Below are positions 30,601 to 37,776 of a stretch of DNA of 37,776 nucleotides, one piece after another (position 1 is the first letter of the stretch; each line of letters starts with the position of its first letter). The position numbers and the translations under genes are program-made. This stretch comes from Macrostomum lignano (taxonomy: Eukaryota), in the NCBI GenBank assembly GCA_002269645.1, contig NIVC01003783.1:46363-84138 (forward strand), in the 5' to 3' direction. The notes under the pieces are model-generated. The model saw only the letters and a program-made list of their open reading frames with translations, was not told the origin of the DNA and searched no databases.

Positions 30601-33090
30601 TGTTGCAGGTGTAAAAGAGGTGTTGCAGGTGTAAAAGAGGTGTTGCAGGAGTGAGGGGGGGTTGAGCTGGAGTTGGAAGCTTGTAGTTTCAGGCCAAAGT
30701 TTTATGTGGCTTAGAAAGCAAAGCAATGATATATTTTTTTAAGAACAGGTTAACATTACTTAATCTACCTGCTATTAGCGCTGAATGCCACCAGGTAGGC
30801 CTTCATCATTTTCCAATAAAAAGGAAACGGATTACGACGGGCGAAAGCCAGAAACAAGGCCAGGTGCACAATGAACTGATTGATAGTTAAAGCTGCCACC
30901 ACTGTACCAATGAAGGTGCCGAGACTGATGAAGGTCTGCTCCATGTCCTGAACCTCGGCCAGTGATTTTGCTATGAGGCTCATCAAACCAAGCGGAAGAC
31001 ACCTGTTTGGTAAGGAATTGGGGTGCGAATGGCCTTGCTGTACGAGCATTCTTGCCCGAACATTATTACATATTTCACCTTAGTTTCAGACAGGGGTTGA
31101 GCTCATTCGGACTCACCAAATGACTTTGCTCAGCAGCAGGATAGTCGCCCTTGTAACCGCGTCGAAAAATTCTCGAAAGGTCTCCGCACTTCGACTACCC
31201 ATAGCCGATGTGGCCAGTCCGAAAAGTACACTCACAAAGAGTGCTCCAAGGATGTTCATGCCGCGGCTGGTGCCGTTCTGTCGAACAAAAACTGTGCTAC
31301 CGTTTTGCAACTGCGGAGTGTAGACTGTTTGGCTCTGAAGTGGACAACATTTCAGAAAGTATAACTAGCAGCCTAAGATATCAGCATGCCTGTGAGTTTT
31401 GGCATCAAATGACTACCCTCACTCTCCCTTTGATCTGCTTTGCTTCCAGTTGACCCTGGGCATCTCAGCAATCCCGCATGACCCACACCAATTCAGCGAC
31501 CCCCCCGTGAGCTTTGTGATCTCAGCCATTCTCCCCAACAGTCAGCATTTCAGTGATCTCCCATGAGCCTTGACAACTTAGCAAATCCCCAATAATTAGT
31601 CTTCTATGTTCGACAGGCGATTCTTTTATGGTTTAACCCTAACTCCAGCCTCAAAATCCCAGCAATCCTCCCACAAGTCTTGACGTCTCAGCCATTTCCC
31701 ATGAGCTTAACATGTGCCAAGCCCATACCCAAAATAATGACGCCACACAGGAAATCGAGTTCAGATCCTCTTGGTATCAGAGACGGTTCGATACCGCTCT
31801 GGCAAAGCCCCTCGGATTTAGTCTTTCAGTTTAGCCTTTCGCCTGTTATCCAGTAAACACGATTTTTGCACTCAATATAATTTCCAAGTTAAGTTTATAC
31901 CGTCTCGAAAGCCATGGTGATGATGTTGTCCGGTATCAGGTTTCTAAAATGCAGTATAGGAGAAACATAGTGCTCTGTTTATTGTAAAAAACTATCGAGT
32001 AAAGAGTGCCTTAATTTCAGACGGCTCAACCTGAAAAGATCCGTCAGGATGTCAGATGTGGTGAGTCTGCTAACGGGAGGTTCGCCGCCGCCGCCGCCGC
32101 CGCCGCTACCGCCTCCTTCTTGATCCGAAGAGCCTTTGTGCGACGGGGTTGAATGGGGTTGGCAATTTTAGCCCGTATTTGACAAGCCTGATCCCCCCCC
32201 CGCTTTCACCTCTATCTGGTGCATCCAGTTTTCACCTGGCTGAATGAGTACAACGAACAGCAGTCCAAGCAGAGCGCCGATCAAGTTCGTGGTGACAATG
32301 TACAGCATGGCGAGCCCGCCCATGGTGCCGTTGGCCTTGATGCTGCTACTGGCGGTGATTTTGATCACACAGGACACCACCAGGGGTAGGATGAGCAGCT
32401 TGAAGGCTCGGAGCACCAGCTCGCCGGGGAAACCTGAGTTCAGAAGTAGATTGTTCTATCATATTATCGATCAATTTCTGGGACTGTTGCATCCCATCCT
32501 CTCTTATTCAGTCCCATATACCTCTATTTCATTTTGTCGCATCAAATCTAATCTTACCTCCGTATCTCAATCTAACTCAACCTAATCGCTTTTGACTCCT
32601 CATCACCTGATCAGGAGTCCAAGGGCATAGTGAGGGGGGATATGGGCCACCTGTTGCTAGCGCCCCTGGTTCTAAAGCCCCTGGTGCTAAAGCCCCTGGT
32701 GCTAAAGCCCCTGGTGCTAAAGCCCCTGGTGCTAAAGCCCCTGGTGCTAAAGCCCCTGGTGCTAAAGCCCCTGGTGCTAAAGCCCCTGGTGCTAAAGCCC
32801 CTGGTGCTAAAGCCCCTGTTGCTAAAACCCCTGGTGCTAAAGCCCCTGGTGCTAAAGCCCCTGGTGCTAAAGCCCTTTTGCTAAAGCCCCTGGTGCTAAA
32901 GCCCCTGGTTCTAAAGCCCCTGGTGCTTAAGCCCCTGGAATCCCTCACCGATCCACAGCAGCAAGGTGTCGCCAGGCTTAGCAAAGTATAATCCAATGCC
33001 GAGCCCAATTCCAAGCACAACGCCAAGCAGAGTGGCAATGAGAAGCAGATTTTCCCTCAGGAATTTTCCTGCACCGCTTCTGACCGTCAT
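27318..33090 (-). CDS. SLC1/EAAT-family (dicarboxylate/amino acid:cation symporter) gene, 9 coding exons, 520 aa
   Basis: Exons: 33090-32949, 32433-32236, 32133-32031, 31943-31901, 31334-31117, 31002-30769, 29200-29009, 28484-28350, 27615-27318. All introns are GT-AG with consistent phases (1,1,2,0,2,2,2,2), totalling 1563 nt. Motifs: ENLLLIATLLGV, FPGELVLRAFKLLILPLVV, RNLIPDN, GMNILG, RFILP..NSDG, VP, LDRLRT. Confidence 0.92.
27759..28264. repeat. 73-bp tandem repeat, about 7 copies, in SLC1 intron 8
   Basis: Unit ccctcttaggagggattgcacaacatacagtgatgcttatactgcagctcactgtgtgtgcctttggggttgg, starting at 27781, 27854, 27927, 28000, 28073, 28146 and 28219; the internal copies are identical. Confidence 0.98.
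28350..28484 (-). CDS. SLC1 exon 8 (HP2, start of TM8)
   Basis: ttttccAG|FLAGVSGLSLPSVPSSSIIVIIGILSNLGIPDAGVSLLYTGEFIL|GTAAGC. Confidence 0.92.
29009..29200 (-). CDS. SLC1 exon 7 (HP1 end, TM7)
   Basis: tttattcAG|SVSALPVMLECADNAGLRPRISRFILPLCCNTNSDGSCAYIAASVTFLAQ...YILIV|GTAAGA. Confidence 0.92.
29226..29860. repeat. Compound 20-bp minisatellite in SLC1 intron 6
   Basis: About 12 copies of gcaggagtgagggaggtgtt (29226-29460), then about 19 copies of gcaggtgtaaaagaggtgtt (29473-29855). Confidence 0.97.
30074..30527. repeat. Diverged minisatellite of about 28 bp (aagccttgacatcccagcaattccccat) in SLC1 intron 6
   Basis: Repeated aagccttgacatcccagcaattccc variants. Related degenerate copies occur at about 31455-31720 in intron 4. 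Confidence 0.9.
30530..30755. repeat. Second copy of the 20-mer array plus its unique tail of about 110 bp (duplicate of about 29760-29989)
   Basis: gttgagctggagttggaagctt.tagtttcaggccaaagtttta.gtggcttagaaagcaaagcaatgatatattttttt...aagaacaggttaaca occurs twice; this copy lacks about 25 bp. Confidence 0.92.
30769..31002 (-). CDS. SLC1 exon 6
   Basis: aaacAG|WCLPLGLMSLIAK...RRNPFPFYWKMMKAYLVAFSANS|GTAGAT. Confidence 0.9.
31117..31334 (-). CDS. SLC1 exon 5
   Basis: cacttcAG|SQTVYTPQLQNGSTVFVRQNGTSRGMNILGALFVSVLFG...LLLSKVIW|GTGAGT. Confidence 0.9.
31901..31943 (-). CDS. SLC1 exon 4 (43 nt)
   Basis: cattttAG|NLIPDNIITMAFET|GTATAA, matching RNLFPxNLVxACF. Confidence 0.85.
32031..32133 (-). CDS. 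SLC1 exon 3
   Basis: GSSDQEGGGSGGGGGGEPPVSRLTTSDILTDLFR|GTTGAG. The acceptor (cacaaAG) was chosen for phase consistency. Confidence 0.78.
32236..32433 (-). CDS. SLC1 exon 2
   Basis: ctcAG|GFPGELVLRAFKLLILPLVVSCVI...LYIVTTNLIGALLGLLFVVLIQPG|GTGAAA. Confidence 0.92.
32656..32937. repeat. 15-bp minisatellite, about 19 copies, in SLC1 intron 1
   Basis: Unit gctaaagcccctggt, beginning 11 nt after the exon 1 donor. Confidence 0.97.
32949..33090 (-). CDS. SLC1 exon 1
   Basis: MTVRSGAGKFLRENLLLIATLLGVVLGIGLGIGLYFAKPGDTLLLWI-G|GTGAGG. Confidence 0.9.
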
Positions 33091-34493
33091 GTCGGAGAGC
33101 TGCTCCAAGCAGAGTTGAGACCACAGGACTCAAAGCCTGCTAAGCTGTAGGCGCCGGCAGCGAGTAAGTAATTTCGCGCTGGAACAGCTGAAGCAATTTC
33201 GAGTGCCTGCCAGATAAGAACCGCACCGAGGCACACCTGTCAGCTCACCTGTTTCGTATCTCTCTAATCGACGCTAGATATTCGAAAGTAACAAATTGCT
33301 AGCTGGTGTCACCGATTATCACTCCCACCCACCCTCGGCCCCACAAAACAGCGCACACCGCAGCTCAGTGAATATTGAGATAACACTCACAGAGCAATCA
33401 GAACTAACTCTTAAAGTAATTTATGAACCTTTCTTGTTTGTACAAAGAATTAAAAAACTGCAAAACAAACAAAAACTTGGGTGCTGGCTTCATACAAAGC
33501 TGTAGGCAGACAAGGACCACTGTGTAGTATAACAGGACGTAAAACTAACCACTGCATTTGATCGGGGCAGTGAAGATTCTTCTTTTTTGTTTCATAAGCC
33601 AAAATTTGTATTCACTGACTGTGTATGTATTTATGTCGAAACTAATATGCATTGAAAAATAGAATTATACCTACAATAAGGTCTTATAATAATAATACCT
33701 GCACGCAACATCTTTATTACATATATATTTCTTTTATGAAGAAACAAAAACGTCACTACTCAGCTATATAAAATGCAACATTCTTCACAGAGAATGGACA
33801 ATCTTCACTGTCCCAAATCAAACTCAATCACTGAATTTTTTCAGGAAATTGGACTTTCAAAAATATACGATCTTTGAATTTCACATCCTGTTATACCACA
33901 GTAGTCCTTGTAAGCAGAACGCAGGGATGAGGCCATGATAAGACGCAGAAGAGATGCGCATACTACTGTTCAGTAGTTTTTGAGGGACATTAGCTAGCAA
34001 TGGCAATATTTCTAGAATTATGAGTCAACTATTTCAATAAGGAAATCAATAATTCTTACTTTTAAACATAGGGAATAAAAAGAAAAAATGGAAAAAGGAA
34101 GCAATAGACCACAATGGATTTTCTCTTGGCTCCACTTAACAAATAAAGCTAGTCAAAGCTTTCACTGCTGAGACAAGTTAGTCAAAGAAGAAGACAATGT
34201 CTGCTGCAAAAGCAGCCTGACTGTAGCCTCTTGCCCGCTGGCTAAGAAGTAGAAACGTAGAAAAACACTGGCAGAAAATTCTCGCAACACCGTCGCTAGA
34301 GAATCGGCAGTCGCATTTCCAATGCATCATCTGCTTTCACTCCCCTGCGCCCGGTCTCCTGTCTCTCTTCCTTCATCTCCAGCTCTCCGATTTCTCCAAT
34401 AACCAGCTGTCGGCAAGTTGTTGAGCCAACAAGGTCAGGTCCGGTGTGGGTCATAAAACCCTCACCTCGCCCTCGGCCTCTCGCCAACTCCCT

Positions 34494-34495
<2 letters not shown>

Positions 34496-34560
<65 letters not shown>
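34496..34560. repeat. (CT)n microsatellite, about 32 units
   Basis: Directly visible perfect dinucleotide run. Confidence 0.98.
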
Positions 34561-34562
<2 letters not shown>

Positions 34563-35307
34563 CTCCGTCCTTTTTGCGCGCTTTCAAACTCTGGCTGCTG
34601 TTTATTCAATCCAAGCCCATTTTGCGCTTGTTTTCCATCCATCAGTTTCCGCGTCTCACCGCCTCTCTAAACAGCCTCCGGCATCGCCTGTTGAAAATCG
34701 AACACCGGGACAGAGTGAGTGTTAGTTCCGATACTAGCTAGAGATTTCACGGCGGCAAAGATCAAACGCAACGTTGACTGTGTCAATTGCGTTCATTTGC
34801 TGTTTTCCCTTCTCCTGTCGGCTTTTCCGAATCCTTGGTGGAAAAGTCAGCTAGTAATGTAGGCTGCGGGGCACTACCGGGCGGATCGACTCCATTCAGT
34901 TAAAAACTACAGCTCTAGCCCTGTGTCAGCAGCTCTAACGCAACAAGTCAATGTAGGTCCGTTTTGCGCCCCGAGATTTGCAGGCCCAGCCAGTGCAGAG
35001 CAGCAGAATTCTGATTGGCTGCGAGCGGGACGTCAAATCCTGTTGCACAGAGAGTCAAGTAAAATACACTGAAATTGAACCAAAACATGATAAACATAAT
35101 TCAGCCAACCAACCTGACTTTGCATTGTTAATGCGACAGGAAATTAAATCCAATCGAATACACTGTACGGTTGGCTAAATTTTAAGCATGTCATCTGTCT
35201 CAGGTGCAGAGAGTTCAGGATTTCATTATTATTGGCGAAAATGAATTAGAACAAACAAATGCTTCCAGCATCGGAGACTCAGATCTCCATCGTGGACCTG
35301 CAGCATT

Positions 35308-36040
35308 ATGCTGTCCGGGGAGCCCAGTGTCGCAGTTCAGCAGCAGCCGCACCAGACAGACGTGGAGCAAGCAGCGGCTGATGACGCTGCAGATCCTGAG
35401 CAACTGCAAGCAGCAAGAGCAGCAGGAGCAGCAACTGCAGCCTCAAGCATCCCGACGCCAGAAGCTGTCGCGGCAGGAGCGCGAGAGTTGAAACGACGTG
35501 AACGTCGCCGACGTCGGATCCGTCAGACGAAAACCTTCTGCAAGCGCTTCCTGGCCTTCGTGTTCAGCCACATTGGCCTGTCCGGTCTTATTGTTGCTTA
35601 CACATTCGTTGGCGGCTTGATCTTCCAGGCCATCGAGATGCCGCACGAGAGACAGCTGAAGGAGCGGGTGCGCAGCTATCAGGAAGCCTGGCTCAAGGAG
35701 CTGCGGCTTGTCTGCTCCGAGCCAAAGGTCGCTACGCAAGCGCCGACTACCACAGTGGGCGACACAGCGACAACAAGCGCGACTGCAGTTGGTCTGCTGA
35801 ACATCAGCAGCGGTGAGGGGCGAATCCCGATGGCGGCAGCACTGGCAGAGGCGGCCACTGCGACCGAGACCAGTCAACAGCTGCTGCTGCGCGTGCTCAA
35901 TGACACTGTAAACCGCATAGTTGCCAACGTAACCGTGTTCGTGAAGGACGACGGCTGGAATGGGAGCTTGTCTGAGCGGGATTACACTTGGAACTTTGCA
36001 GGGGCGCTGCTGTTTGTGGTGACAGTCATCACCACCATTG
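35308..36040 (+). CDS. Two-pore-domain (K2P/TWIK-family) potassium channel, first coding exon (N-terminus, M1, cap, P1); the rest is outside the window
   Basis: Basic cluster KRRERRRRR, M1 FLAFVFSHIGLSGLIVAYTFVGGLIFQAIE, and pore helix WNFAGALLFVVTVITTIG. The exon ends at G|GTGAGT inside the TIGYG filter, a typical K2P intron position. A probable 5' UTR intron lies at 34715-35203. Confidence 0.92.
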
Positions 36041-36281
36041 GTGAGTTGCCTAATTGGTGGGATCCTTAGCATTCTGTGAGGTGGCAGTCATCACCACCAT
36101 TGGTGAGTTGCCTAATTGGTGGGATCCTTTGCATTCTGTGAGGTGGCAGTCATCACCACCATTGGTGAGTTGCCTAATTGGTGGGATCCTTTGCATTTTG
36201 TGGAGGTGACAGTCATCACCACCATTGGTGAGTTGCCTAATTGGTGGGATCCTTAGCATTTTGTGAGGTGGCAGTCATCAT
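36023..36281. repeat. 62-bp tandem repeat spanning the K2P exon/intron junction, 4.2 copies
   Basis: Unit cagtcatcaccaccattg|gtgagttgcctaattggtgggatcctt(a/t)gcatt(c/t)tgtgaggtgg, starting at 36023, 36085, 36147, 36210 and 36272. Confidence 0.97.
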
Positions 36282-36747
36282 TCCGATTGGAGAGCCCAAC
36301 TGTACTCAAGGACCACTGACAATAAAAGGAGAATCCCAATTTCGTTTCAGAATGCACCAGTGCAATAGGATGTTTCCTTGTTTAGTACCAAAATTGAAAA
36401 TCGCTCACTGTCTTTAGGAGACCAAATGAAGCTTCTATGCATTTGGTCTCATAGGTTGTGATTTAGGAAAACAATGCTACTTGAGACTGACAAACGAAAA
36501 TCAAGAACCAGACAGCTTTCATCTCACTGATTTATTTGTCTAAGAGCGCAAAAAAAAATATTGTCACTTTTCTGGTCCCCAATACTCTAGTAGAACTTTG
36601 TGATAATTTACTTTCAAAAACTTGTACATTAGACTCCATTAAAGGCCAACTCTTACCAATATGCATATTGGAATTCTATTTTATGCATTCTAAGCATACT
36701 AGAATGTTAGTAATCGTTTAGAAGAGTAGGTATTTAGTGTTGAAAAT

Positions 36748-37193
36748 ATGACAGTTGTTGCTGTTGGAGACCCCGAACTGTTATTGAGATGACAGTTGTT
36801 GCTGTTGGAGACCCCGAGCTGTTATTGAGATGACAGTTGTTGCTGTTGGAGACCCCGAGCTGTTATTGAGATGACAGTTGTTGCTGTTGGAGACCCCGAG
36901 CTTTATTGAGATGACAGTTGATGCTGTTGAGACCCCGATTATTGAGATGACAGTTGTTGCTGTTGGAGACCCCGATCTGCTATTGAGATGACAGTTGATG
37001 CTGTTGGAGACCCCGAGCTGTTATTGAGATGACAGTTGATGCTGTTGGAGACCCCGATCCTATTGAGATGACAGTTGTTGCTGTTGGAGACCCCGAGCTG
37101 TTATTGAGATGACAGTTGATGCTGTTGGAGACCCCGATCTGCTATTGAGATGACAGTTGTTGCTGTTGGAGACCCCGAGCTGTTATTGAGATG
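36748..37193. repeat. 41-bp minisatellite, about 11 copies, in the K2P intron
   Basis: Unit gatgacagttgttgctgttggagaccccgagctgttattga with small indels. Confidence 0.97.
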
Positions 37194-37776
37194 AAGATCA
37201 ATTTTCGTATTATCCGCAAGCTGCCAGCCGCAGCTTCTAATTGAATCGCGATTCAACAGCAGCTCACTGCTAAAGGCTTCTCTTGTACAGAAAGTGCAAC
37301 AACAGCATCATTCATTCCTTCTCTATTTCTGCCCCATCGCGGCCTGTTTGCTCAGTTGTTCCGCAGCCGCACGGAGGACAAACAGCCCCCCCCCCCTATG
37401 AGCCTTAGCCGCCATCCCAGACTCTTTCCAGTCTCGCGTCATACAGAAAACACGCGCCCCAAGACCCGGCCTTCATCAGTGCAACCGATGAGATTTCTGA
37501 GTCGAGCGATGGGGCTCTGCTGTCAATCAATTCCTGCGCACCCAGGCGGGCGAACATTCGCAGAGAAATATCGCGGATAATAAAAAAGCCATTGTGCGAA
37601 TGGGCGGTGGGCTGGGGGCGGACTCGGCCGTGCGCTGAGACGCCGCCCAGCTAATTTCGAGTGTCGCCGTTCCGCCGCTTCGCTTTTTCTTTACTCCTCT
37701 CTGCCCTGTCCCCCCAGCTTTACCTACTACTGGTCCGTACGAGTGAATCAATGTAAGCGGAACAGCTGTCTCCAGT

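Noticed and set aside
32577-33038. APGAL/KPLVL repeat ORFs resembling elastin or collagen
   Set aside because: Artefact of the 15-bp repeat in SLC1 intron 1; the upstream part is exon 1 read in another frame.

Overview
Eukaryotic (animal) genomic DNA with GC/Ala-rich exons and AT-rich introns full of minisatellites. The style suggests a free-living flatworm such as Macrostomum, but that is inference only. Four host genes are supported: an intronless MyTH4-FERM protein (minus, 5956-7818), an intronless GDA1/CD39-family NTPDase with a signal peptide and a GPI-like tail (minus, 24435-25775), a complete 9-exon, 520-aa SLC1/EAAT-family transporter with unusual cation-site substitutions (minus, 27318-33090), and the first coding exon of a K2P potassium channel (plus, 35308-36040; the gene runs off the window). 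Between about 8.7 and 21.8 kb lies a cluster of decayed mobile elements. It holds a Penelope-like retroelement remnant with a degenerate hammerhead ribozyme, a hAT-type MITE with an 8-bp TSD, a decayed Maverick/Polinton (adintovirus-like) segment (basic protein, double-jelly-roll major capsid, adenain protease), a foldback-type element with a 54-bp hairpin, and a truncated piggyBac. About ten tandem arrays are present, one of which repeats the K2P exon/intron junction four times. I see no clearly new multi-gene system. The best leads are the viral capsid/protease remnant, the divergent SLC1, the Penelope hammerhead and the multiplied K2P splice donor. All homology calls come from motif recognition by eye, not database searches.
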